A stretch of DNA of 35,413 nt from Gemmatimonadales bacterium (GTDB lineage: Bacteria; Gemmatimonadota; Gemmatimonadetes; Gemmatimonadales; GWC2-71-9). Shown piece after piece: positions 9,748 to 17,084 of this stretch (the first letter of the stretch is position 1; each line of letters starts with the position of its first letter). Below the pieces are notes generated by a model. The model worked only from the letters and a program-made list of their open reading frames with translations, was not told the DNA's origin and ran no database searches. The stretch is from NCBI GenBank assembly GCA_035540075.1, contig DATLHD010000090.1, positions 1-35,413 on the forward strand. The letters are read 5' to 3'. Made by a program: the position numbers and the translations under genes.

Positions 9748-10437
9748 ATGGCAGCGCCCAGCCTGATCTCGACTCGCCGGTTCTCGGCCTCGACCCGTCT
9801 GCGCCTCCAGGTGCTGTTCGCCCGCGCCTGGGAAGCGCTCGCCGATACGTACCAGCTCCAGGCCGCCGAGTTCGTCCGGCGGCTCAAGACTCAGCTTTCG
9901 ATCGAGGAGGCCCTGGACCGGTTCTTCCGCGAAGTGGGTGTGCCCGCGCCGATGAGCGACACGGTGCGCGCCCGGGCGCTGATCGCCCTGGCGTCGATGA
10001 TCGAGGAAGAGGCCGAGGAGCCCGAGGTGGCGACCGAGGCGGGCTGGAATCCCCTCCGCCCCGACCAGCTGATCGGCGCGCTCCGGCGGCGCGCCCGGTA
10101 CGTGGAGGAGACCAACCTCGAGTGCCGCCTCGCCGCCTCGATCGCCGAGGAGGCGGTGGCCGCCACCCACGTGCGTATGGCCCTCGAGATCGCCGAGCTG
10201 CTTGCGGACGAGTGCACTCCGGACGAGTCCATCATGCACTACGTCCGCTCGTTCAGCCTCCCGGCCATCGAGGCCCAGATCATCCTCCGCCGCGCGATGG
10301 CCTGCTGGGCGGAGCGGGATCCGCTCGGGCTCGACCGGGTGGAACCGGTGGCGCCGCCGTCGCTGGCGATCTGCGCCAGCGGCGCGCAGCTCGACTTCAA
10401 CGGCCGACTCCGGCTGGGGCTCCGCGCGATCGGCTGA
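9748..10437 (+). CDS. Hypothetical protein, 229 aa, acidic, predicted all-helical, no TM segment or signal peptide
   Basis: Part of ORF 9538..10437. ATG at 9748 is preceded by GGGAGG (9737-9742). GC3-biased codons and balanced amino-acid composition (K, E, I, F present), unlike the overlapping R/G/P-rich ORFs. I recognise no family motif. Confidence 0.6.
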   Translation: MAAPSLISTRRFSASTRLRLQVLFARAWEALADTYQLQAAEFVRRLKTQLSIEEALDRFFREVGVPAPMSDTVRARALIALASMIEEEAEEPEVATEAGWNPLRPDQLIGALRRRARYVEETNLECRLAASIAEEAVAATHVRMALEIAELLADECTPDESIMHYVRSFSLPAIEAQIILRRAMACWAERDPLGLDRVEPVAPPSLAICASGAQLDFNGRLRLGLRAIG

Positions 10438-10446
10438 GCCGCGGAA

Positions 10447-10497
10447 CCTCCGCTCCGCCTATCTTTGGGTGGAGCCCGACGACGGGCGGAGCGGAGG
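10447..10497 (+). promoter_or_regulatory. Perfect 13-bp stem / 25-nt loop hairpin whose 3' arm contains the Shine-Dalgarno of the M50 protease gene
   Basis: CCTCCGCTCCGCC (10447-10459) is the exact reverse complement of GGCGGAGCGGAGG (10485-10497). GGAGG at 10493-10497 lies 6 nt upstream of the ATG at 10504. The hairpin starts 10 nt after the upstream stop (10437). Confidence 0.5.
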
Positions 10498-10503
10498 CGC
10501 CGA

Positions 10504-11592
10504 ATGGGCTGGACCATCACGATCGGACGGGTGGCGGGGACCGAGGTCAAGGTCCACCTCACTTTCTTCATCCTCGTCGCCTTCTGGGCGATGGCCGGGT
10601 ACCAGCAGGGCGGTCTGTCGGGCGCGCTGCTCGCCGCGCTCTCGCTGCTCGCGCTGTTCGCCTGTGTGCTGTTCCACGAGTTTGGCCACATCCTGATGGC
10701 CCGACGCTTCGGGGTGCGGACGCCGGACGTCATCCTCCTCCCCATCGGCGGCGTCGCCCGCCTCGAGCGCATTCCCGACGAGCCCCGGCAGGAGCTGCTC
10801 ATCGCGCTGGCGGGGCCCGCGGTGACCCTCGCCATCGTCGTCCTCCTCTACCTGGTGCTCGCCGTGTCGGGGCCCGAGCCGTCGCTGTGGGGCCTCCAGC
10901 CGGCCGGACCGTTCCTCGACAACCTGATGCGGGTAAACCTCTACCTGCTGCTCTTCAACCTGTTCCCCGCGTTTCCCATGGATGGGGGACGGGTGCTGCG
11001 AGCGCTGCTCGCGAGCAGGCTGGGACTGGTGGCGGGCACCAGGATCGCGGCGCGCCTGGGCCAGGCGAGCGCGGTCGTGGCCGGCTTCTACGGTCTCACC
11101 GCAGGGATGCCGATCCTGCTCCTGATCTCGCTCTTCGTCTTTCTTGGCGCCGGCGCCGAGGCCGCCGCCGTGGAGACGCGCGCCGCGGGCGCGGGACTGA
11201 ACGCGGCCCAGATGATGGTGACCGACTTCCGGAGCATTCCCATCCACGCGTCGCTGGCACATGCGGTCGAGCTGCTCCTCTCCAGCGAGCAGCGCGAGTT
11301 CCCGGTGGTGGACAACAACGGGCGGGTCGAGGGAATTCTGACGCGCGACCACATCATCAAGGGGCTGAGCCAGCGGGGGCAGGACTCCACCGTCGGCGAG
11401 GTGATGGCGGCTCAGGCGCCGGTGGTGGCGCCGACGCTGGGATTTCAGGAGGCGCTGGAGCGCCTCCGCGCCAGCGGGTTGCCCGCCCTGCCGGTGGTGG
11501 ACTCGACCGGGCGGCTCGTGGGCTTGCTCACCATGGACAACATCACGGATCTGCTGCTGGTGCGGCGGGCGGGAGCGCCCCTGGTCCCCTGA
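10504..11592 (+). CDS. Site-2 protease family (M50) membrane metalloprotease with C-terminal CBS pair
   Basis: ORF 10465..11592; ATG at 10504 (MGWTITIGR...). HEFGHILMARRFG (HExxH), NLFPAFPMDGGRVL (NxxPxxxxDG), multiple hydrophobic segments, then two CBS-like repeats (VTDFRSIPIH..., VVAPTLGFQEALERL...LPVVDSTGRLVGLLT). Confidence 0.88.
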   Translation: MGWTITIGRVAGTEVKVHLTFFILVAFWAMAGYQQGGLSGALLAALSLLALFACVLFHEFGHILMARRFGVRTPDVILLPIGGVARLERIPDEPRQELLIALAGPAVTLAIVVLLYLVLAVSGPEPSLWGLQPAGPFLDNLMRVNLYLLLFNLFPAFPMDGGRVLRALLASRLGLVAGTRIAARLGQASAVVAGFYGLTAGMPILLLISLFVFLGAGAEAAAVETRAAGAGLNAAQMMVTDFRSIPIHASLAHAVELLLSSEQREFPVVDNNGRVEGILTRDHIIKGLSQRGQDSTVGEVMAAQAPVVAPTLGFQEALERLRASGLPALPVVDSTGRLVGLLTMDNITDLLLVRRAGAPLVP

Positions 11593-11593
11593 G

Positions 11594-12100
11594 TCAGCGG
11601 CACTCCCCTCGTCGATACGCCGACGGCGCACAGGCGAACCCCCCGCTTCCCCACAGGCCAGCGCCGGCCGCTCGAGCCTGCTTTTGCACCCGCTCCAGTC
11701 GCTCGGCATACTTGACGTTCGGGGGCACGGTGTAGAGCATCGCCCATCCTTCGAGGACCAGCGCCTCGTTCACCAGCCGGGAGCCGCTCCAGACGTGAGC
11801 CAGCTCGCGGCCGTACCGATCGCGAGGGGCGACATCTCGCTCCAGGCGCACGGATGCTCCAGGCGGGGCGAGCCGACGTAGCGCGGCGCGTGCCTGCCGT
11901 CCGGACTCGCCCTGCGCCAGCTCGGGCGCATCGATGCCGATGAGGCGCACCCTCCGCCCGTCGCGGCAGGTGAACGTATCGCCGTCCGCGATCCGCTCGA
12001 CCACACACGCTGTGGATTGAGCGGCGGCGGACCCCGCCCGACGGTCGCAGGCTTGGATCGCGAGGCTCGCCAGCAGGATGGCGAAGTTATAGCGGGGCAT
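11594..12100 (-). CDS. Thermonuclease (staphylococcal nuclease-like) lipoprotein
   Basis: 168 aa. Signal/lipobox MPRYNFAILLASLAIQAC. SNase blocks VERIADGDTFTC, VRLIGIDAPE, RDRYGRELAHVW, NEALVLEGWA. Its stop is 1 bp from the convergent stop of the M50 gene. Confidence 0.8.
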   Translation of the reverse strand: MPRYNFAILLASLAIQACDRRAGSAAAQSTACVVERIADGDTFTCRDGRRVRLIGIDAPELAQGESGRQARAALRRLAPPGASVRLERDVAPRDRYGRELAHVWSGSRLVNEALVLEGWAMLYTVPPNVKYAERLERVQKQARAAGAGLWGSGGFACAPSAYRRGECR

Positions 12101-12128
12101 GGCGGGAATTTAGGAGAAGACCTGCGCG

Positions 12129-13514
12129 ATGGCGGCGCCATTCGAAATCATCGAGCGCAGCAGCACGCTGCCCGTCTCGGCCGAAGAGGCCTTCGCCTGG
12201 CACGAGCGCCCCGGCGCGTTCGAGCGTCTCACCCCCCCGTGGGAGCGGGTCACCGTGCTCGAGCGCTCCGGAGGCATCCGCGAGGGGGCACGCACCGCGG
12301 TCAGCGTGCGGGTAGGCCCGGCCCGGTTCCGCTGGGTTGCGGTCCACCGAGACTACGTAGAGGGTCGCAGGTTCGTGGACGAGCAGGTGGAGGGACCGTT
12401 CTCCCACTGGATCCACGAGCACCGCTTCGAGCCGGAAGGTCCCGGGGCGACGCGATACACGGACCGCATCGAGCTCGCATCGGCGTTCGGCACGGTCGGC
12501 GCGGCAGCTGCGCGCCTGTTGGCGCGCCCCCGGGTGGAGCGGATGCTGGCCTATCGTCACGCCACCCTCCGGGACGATCTGGCTGCCCATGCGCGCCACC
12601 GCGATGGCCCACGACTCCGAGTGGCGGTCACCGGGGCCACCGGGCTCCTCGGCACCGCCCTGATTCCTTTCCTCACCACCGGCGGGCACGAGGTCATCGC
12701 GGTGAGCAGGCGTCGCGGCCTGCGTGATGCGATCCACTGGGATCCCGCCGCGGGGGCGATCGACCACGCGGGTCTCGAGGGCCTGGACGCGGTCGTGCAC
12801 CTCGCCGGCGAGACGGTCGGCACCCGCTGGAGCGACCACCGCAAGCGGCGCATCCGCAACAGCCGGGTCGAGGGCACCATGCTCCTGGCCGAAGCGCTGG
12901 CGGGCCTGAGGCGACCGCCGCGCGTCCTGGTCTCCGCGTCGGCCATGGGCGTCTACGGCAACCGCGGCGACGAGGTGCTCACCGAGGACGCGCTGCCCGA
13001 GGGGCCGCCTGCCGACTTTTTCGTCGAGCTCGGACGCGACTGGGAGAGCGCGGCCGATCCCGCTCTCGCCGCCGGCATCCGGGTGGTGAATCCGCGATTC
13101 GGCCTGGTGCTCACTCCGGCTGGCGGCGCGCTCGCGCGGATGCTGCCGCCCTTCCTCCTCGGCGCGGGCGGACCGCTGGGCGGCGGGAGCCAGTGGGTGA
13201 GCTGGATCTCGATCGACGACGCGATCGGCGTGATCCATCACGCCCTCTTCACCGACGAGCTCGCCGGGCCCGTGAACACCGCCGCGCCGGAGCCGGTCAC
13301 CAGCCGCAGCTTCGCGGCGACGCTGGGGCGCGTGCTGAAGCGACCCGCCCTGCTGCCGGCCCCGGCGCCGGCGCTCAAGCTGCTCTTCGGCGAGATGGCC
13401 GACACCGCGCTCCTGTCCAGTCAGCGCCTGTCCGCAGCCCGGCTGCTGGGCTCGGGCTACACCTTCCGGCATCCGACGCTGGAGGCGGCGTTGCGACACG
13501 TGCTGGGGCGGTAA
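12129..13514 (+). CDS. Fusion protein: N-terminal SRPBCC (polyketide cyclase/START-like) domain plus YfcH/TIGR01777-like NAD(P)-binding epimerase-family domain
   Basis: 461 aa. AGGAG at 12111-12115 lies upstream of the ATG. The N-terminal ~150 aa look SRPBCC-like (WHERPGAFERLTPPWERV...FVDEQVEGPFSHWIHEHRF). This is followed by the Rossmann motif VAVTGATGLLGTAL and a DUF1731-like C-terminus (GYTFRHPTLEAALRHVL). Confidence 0.8.
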   Translation: MAAPFEIIERSSTLPVSAEEAFAWHERPGAFERLTPPWERVTVLERSGGIREGARTAVSVRVGPARFRWVAVHRDYVEGRRFVDEQVEGPFSHWIHEHRFEPEGPGATRYTDRIELASAFGTVGAAAARLLARPRVERMLAYRHATLRDDLAAHARHRDGPRLRVAVTGATGLLGTALIPFLTTGGHEVIAVSRRRGLRDAIHWDPAAGAIDHAGLEGLDAVVHLAGETVGTRWSDHRKRRIRNSRVEGTMLLAEALAGLRRPPRVLVSASAMGVYGNRGDEVLTEDALPEGPPADFFVELGRDWESAADPALAAGIRVVNPRFGLVLTPAGGALARMLPPFLLGAGGPLGGGSQWVSWISIDDAIGVIHHALFTDELAGPVNTAAPEPVTSRSFAATLGRVLKRPALLPAPAPALKLLFGEMADTALLSSQRLSAARLLGSGYTFRHPTLEAALRHVLGR

Positions 13515-13523
13515 CTTTTGCTC

Positions 13524-14207
13524 ATGATCGCACCCAAAGCAGTCGTTCTCGTGAGCGGAGGGATGGACTCCGCTACCGCGGGGGCCGTGGCCCGGGAGCA
13601 GGGCTTCGAGCTCTACGCGCTCAGCTTCCGCTACGGGCAGCGCCACGCCGCCGAGCTGGAGGCGGCGAAGCGCGTCGCCGGGTCGCTCGGCGCGCGGCGG
13701 CACGTGGAGCTGGCCATCGACCTGCGCGCCATCGGCGGCTCGGCACTCACCGGGGATCTTGAGGTTCCCAAGGACACGCCGCTCGATCGTATCGGCGACG
13801 GGATCCCCGCGACGTACGTCCCCGCCAGGAACACCATCTTCCTCTCCTTCGCCATGGGCTGGGCCGAAGTACTGGAGGCGACCGACATCTTCATCGGCGC
13901 AAATGCCCTGGACTACAGCGGCTACCCGGACTGCCGGCCGGAGTACATCGAGGCCTTCGAGCGGATGGCGAACCTCGCCACCCGCGCCGGCGTCGAGGGG
14001 CGGCTTCTCCGGGTCCATACCCCACTGATCGGCCTCAGCAAGGCGGAGATCGTGAAGCTGGGGCAGCGGCTGGGGGTGGACTATGGGATCACGTGGAGCT
14101 GCTACGATCCAACGCCGGACGGGCGGCCCTGCGGCCACTGCGACGCGTGTATCCTCAGGGAGAAGGGGTTCAGGGAGGCGGGAGTGAACGACCCAGCGAA
14201 GCCGTGA
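13524..14207 (+). CDS. queC: 7-cyano-7-deazaguanine synthase
   Basis: ORF 13518..14207; ATG at 13524. PP-loop [15 protein letters not shown], and the C-terminal Zn Cys cluster SCYDP...[10 protein letters not shown]. Confidence 0.93.
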   Translation: MIAPKAVVLVSGGMDSATAGAVAREQGFELYALSFRYGQRHAAELEAAKRVAGSLGARRHVELAIDLRAIGGSALTGDLEVPKDTPLDRIGDGIPATYVPARNTIFLSFAMGWAEVLEATDIFIGANALDYSGYPDCRPEYIEAFERMANLATRAGVEGRLLRVHTPLIGLSKAEIVKLGQRLGVDYGITWSCYDPTPDGRPCGHCDACILREKGFREAGVNDPAKP

Positions 14208-14220
14208 AGCTGCCATAGCC

Positions 14221-14856
14221 ATGAGCTACACCGTCAAGGAAATCTTCTACACCCTCCAGGGCGAGGGCGCGAACACCGGTAGGCCGGCCGTGTTCTGCCG
14301 GTTCGCGGGCTGCAACCTGTGGACCGGCCGCGAGGCCGACCGCGAGGCCGCCGTCTGCCGATTCTGCGACACCGACTTCGTGGGCACCGACGGTCCCGGC
14401 GGGGGCAAGTTCTCCGATGCCGACTCGCTCGCGCGCGCCGTGGCCGCAGCGTGGCCGCCCGGGGGCGCGGGCCGACGCTTCGTGGTGTGCACCGGCGGCG
14501 AGCCGCTGCTCCAGCTCGATCGCGCCCTCCTCGACGCGTTCCATGCGGCAGACTTCGAGGTCGCGGTGGAGACCAACGGCACGGTCGAGCCGCCGCCCGG
14601 GATCGACTGGCTCTGCGTGAGTCCCAAGGCGGAGGCCCCGCTGGTGGTCCGGGGCGGCGACGAGCTCAAGCTGGTCTACCCGCAGGTTGGGGCCGATCCG
14701 TCGCGTTTCGAGGGGCTCGAGTTCGGCCAATTCTTCCTCCAGCCCATGGACGGGCCGGCCCGCGAGGCCAACACCGCCGCGGCGCTGCGCTATTGCCTGG
14801 ACCATCCGCGCTGGCGACTGAGCCTCCAAGCGCATAAGCTTCTCGGCATTCCGTGA
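14221..14856 (+). CDS. queE: 7-carboxy-7-deazaguanine synthase (radical SAM), variant with CX14CX2C cluster motif
   Basis: 211 aa. EIFYTLQGEGANTGRPAVFCRFAGC(31)NLWTGREADREAAVC(46)RFC(49)DTDF, plus FLQPMD and the C-terminal RLSLQAHKLLGIP. Confidence 0.93.
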   Translation: MSYTVKEIFYTLQGEGANTGRPAVFCRFAGCNLWTGREADREAAVCRFCDTDFVGTDGPGGGKFSDADSLARAVAAAWPPGGAGRRFVVCTGGEPLLQLDRALLDAFHAADFEVAVETNGTVEPPPGIDWLCVSPKAEAPLVVRGGDELKLVYPQVGADPSRFEGLEFGQFFLQPMDGPAREANTAAALRYCLDHPRWRLSLQAHKLLGIP

Positions 14857-15524
14857 CAGCGGGGCAGCCGGGCCCCGCAGCCTTGCTGCCCTTTGCCCCG
14901 CCGCTCATGCACGGTTATTCCGACCGCATCAATCACGCGTTCGCGTTCGCCGCCAAGTACTACGGAGCCGTGGCGCCTGCCGGGGCCGGCATGGACTATC
15001 TTGCCCACCCGGCCAACGTCGCGATTGTCCTCGCGCGTTACGGCTGCGAGCAGGTAACCGTCGTGGCCGGCATCCTCCACCACGTGCTGGAGGAAGCCGC
15101 GCCGGGCAACCGCCCGCTGCTCGAGCGCAAGATCGCGGACAAGTTCGGCCCCGTCGCCCTCGCCATCGCGAAGGATGCCCTGGAACCCAAGTTCGATGCC
15201 CGCGGGGCGGAGCGCAGCTGGCAGGCCTGCAAGCAGGAGTACCTGGGCCAGCTCGCCGCGGCGGAGCCGCGCGCGCTCGATATCTGCGTCGCCGACGAGT
15301 TGCACGCCTGCGGCTCGACCATCACCGCCCTCCGGCGGCTGGGGGTCGAATACCTGCATACCCTCTCCCGGGCAGACTCGGCCCAGACGATCTGGTGGTA
15401 CCGCTCCATGCTGGAGATCCTGGACGCTCGGGCTGACTGGCCCCGCCGGGAGATGCTGTCCGAGCTGAGGATCCTGAGTACCGACCTGGTGCGAAGCCTG
15501 CGGCTCAGCGAGGAGGGGCTGTGA
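14853..15524 (+). CDS. HD-superfamily protein resembling the SpoT/Mesh1 (p)ppGpp-hydrolase fold but with substituted metal ligands
   Basis: 223 aa. GTG at 14853 overlaps the queE TGA (GTGA); an ATG at 14907 (MHGYSDR...) is the alternative start. Template-like blocks are AFAFAAKYY (His expected at the last Tyr), YLAHPANVAIVL, VVAGILHHVLEE (LHDxxED expected) and ICVADELH. Confidence 0.7.
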   Translation: MTAGQPGPAALLPFAPPLMHGYSDRINHAFAFAAKYYGAVAPAGAGMDYLAHPANVAIVLARYGCEQVTVVAGILHHVLEEAAPGNRPLLERKIADKFGPVALAIAKDALEPKFDARGAERSWQACKQEYLGQLAAAEPRALDICVADELHACGSTITALRRLGVEYLHTLSRADSAQTIWWYRSMLEILDARADWPRREMLSELRILSTDLVRSLRLSEEGL

Positions 15525-17038
15525 GAGCGACGTGGTGGGGAGGGGTGGGGCTGGCGCTGGCCGCGGCCTGCTTGCCTGCCCCCAAGCCGCCGGAGCCGCT
15601 GAAGCCGGTGCGCTTCCTGCTCATCAACGACGTCTACGTCGCCGATACACTGAACGACGGGAGCGGCGGACTCGCAAGGGTCGCCACGGTCCGGCACCGG
15701 GTGGCCGATCAGGGTCCGATCCTGTTCGTCCTCGCCGGCGACGTCCTGAGCCCGAGCCTGCTCAGCAAGTACTATGGCGGGCGCCAGATGGTCGAGGCGC
15801 TGAACGCAGCACAGCTGGACTACGCCACCTTCGGCAACCACGAGTTCGAGCTGCCGCGCGACACGCTGATCGCGCGGATCGCGGCCTCGTCGTTCAAGTG
15901 GCTCTCGACCAACTGCACCCTCGCCGACGGCACCCGGTTTCCGGAGGTCCTGCCCTGGGACACGGTTCGCGTCTCCGGTCATCTCGTCGGCCTCTTCGGC
16001 CTCACCCTCCGGGGCGACTACCGGAGCTACGTGCGGTGCACCGATCCGGACAGCGCCGCCCTGGCGGTGGCCGACACGCTCACGGCGTTGAAGGCTGATC
16101 TCATCGTGGGGCTCACCCACCAGACCCTCGAGGTGGACCGCGAATTGCTCGCCCGCGATCCGCGCGTCGATCTGATCCTGGGCGGGCACGAGCACGAGGC
16201 GCACGACTCGGTGGTCTCCGGCCGGCACGTACTCAAGGCGGACGCCAACTCCCGGACCGCGCAGTTCGCCACGCTGTGGAGCGACGGCCACGGCGACTGG
16301 CGGCAGGCGGTCGGACTGGTCACCATCGACTCCCGGCTCCCCGAGGACAGCGCGGTGGCGCAGGTGGTGGAGGCGTGGTCGGACAGCCTGCGGGCGCGGC
16401 TCGGGCCGGAGCGCATAGTGGCGACGGCGGAGGCCCCGATCGACGCGCGCGACGCGCTGTCCCGCAACCGGGAGTCGCCGCTCGGGTCCCTGGTGGCCGA
16501 TGCGATGCGGGCCGGCACCGGCGCGGACGTTGCCCTGATCAACGCCGGCGCAATGCGGCTGGACGACGTCATCCCGGCGGGACCGGTCAGCAACTATCAA
16601 GTAGAGAGCATTTTTCTCTTCGCCGACGAGACCCGGGTGGTCACCTTCCCCCTCTCCGGCGCCCGGCTCCGGGAAGTGCTGGAGCACGGCGTCGCGGATG
16701 GCTCCCTGGGCAAGGGAGGGTTCCTGCAGGTGTCAGGCATCCTGTTCACCTACGACCGGGCAAGGCCGTCGGGATCCCGGCTGGTGGGCGACATCACCCG
16801 GGTGGGTGGGGCCACTCTCGCCGGCGGCGACACCGTCCAAGTGGTGATGTCCGCCTACCCCGCCTGCCAGGGTGGCGACGGCTACAGCATCCCCGAGGCC
16901 GCGGAGAGCTGCACCCACGCGAGCGCGGGGCCCCGTGCCGCCGATCTCCTGATTCGCCACCTGTCGGACTCACTCGGCGGGAAGATTGCCCTCCCAGCGG
17001 GCGGGAGAATCGTGCAGGCTGCGTCCTCCCCGGGCTGA
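15521..17038 (+). CDS. Bifunctional metallophosphatase / 5'-nucleotidase (UshA family) lipoprotein
   Basis: 505 aa. GTG at 15521 overlaps the upstream TGA. Lipobox LALAAAC. Motifs LAGDVLSP, FGNHEFE, GLTHQ, LGGHEHE, then a 5'-nucleotidase C-terminal domain (ALINAGAMRLDD). The first motif reads INDVY rather than the usual NDxH. Confidence 0.88.
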   Translation: MRATWWGGVGLALAAACLPAPKPPEPLKPVRFLLINDVYVADTLNDGSGGLARVATVRHRVADQGPILFVLAGDVLSPSLLSKYYGGRQMVEALNAAQLDYATFGNHEFELPRDTLIARIAASSFKWLSTNCTLADGTRFPEVLPWDTVRVSGHLVGLFGLTLRGDYRSYVRCTDPDSAALAVADTLTALKADLIVGLTHQTLEVDRELLARDPRVDLILGGHEHEAHDSVVSGRHVLKADANSRTAQFATLWSDGHGDWRQAVGLVTIDSRLPEDSAVAQVVEAWSDSLRARLGPERIVATAEAPIDARDALSRNRESPLGSLVADAMRAGTGADVALINAGAMRLDDVIPAGPVSNYQVESIFLFADETRVVTFPLSGARLREVLEHGVADGSLGKGGFLQVSGILFTYDRARPSGSRLVGDITRVGGATLAGGDTVQVVMSAYPACQGGDGYSIPEAAESCTHASAGPRAADLLIRHLSDSLGGKIALPAGGRIVQAASSPG

Positions 17039-17084
17039 GCCGGGAACGCCTCCCTACAACCCGAGCCCCCGGGTATTTTAGAAC

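Noticed and set aside
7459-10239. 926-aa ORF on the minus strand, and similar very long ORFs: 215..1570(-), 8022..9611(+), 9735..11735(+), 10459..11709(-), 12087..14222(-), 15038..16687(-), 17091..18968(-), 18413..20323(-), 23361..24617(+), 25066..27174(+), 27099..28439(+), 29027..30094(+), 32047..34173(+)
   Set aside because: All overlap well-supported genes in another frame or strand. They are dominated by Arg/Gly/Pro/Ala with almost no Lys/Ile/Phe/Tyr/Asn, and show no family motifs. This is the expected stop-codon-poor shadow ORF pattern of a very GC-rich genome.
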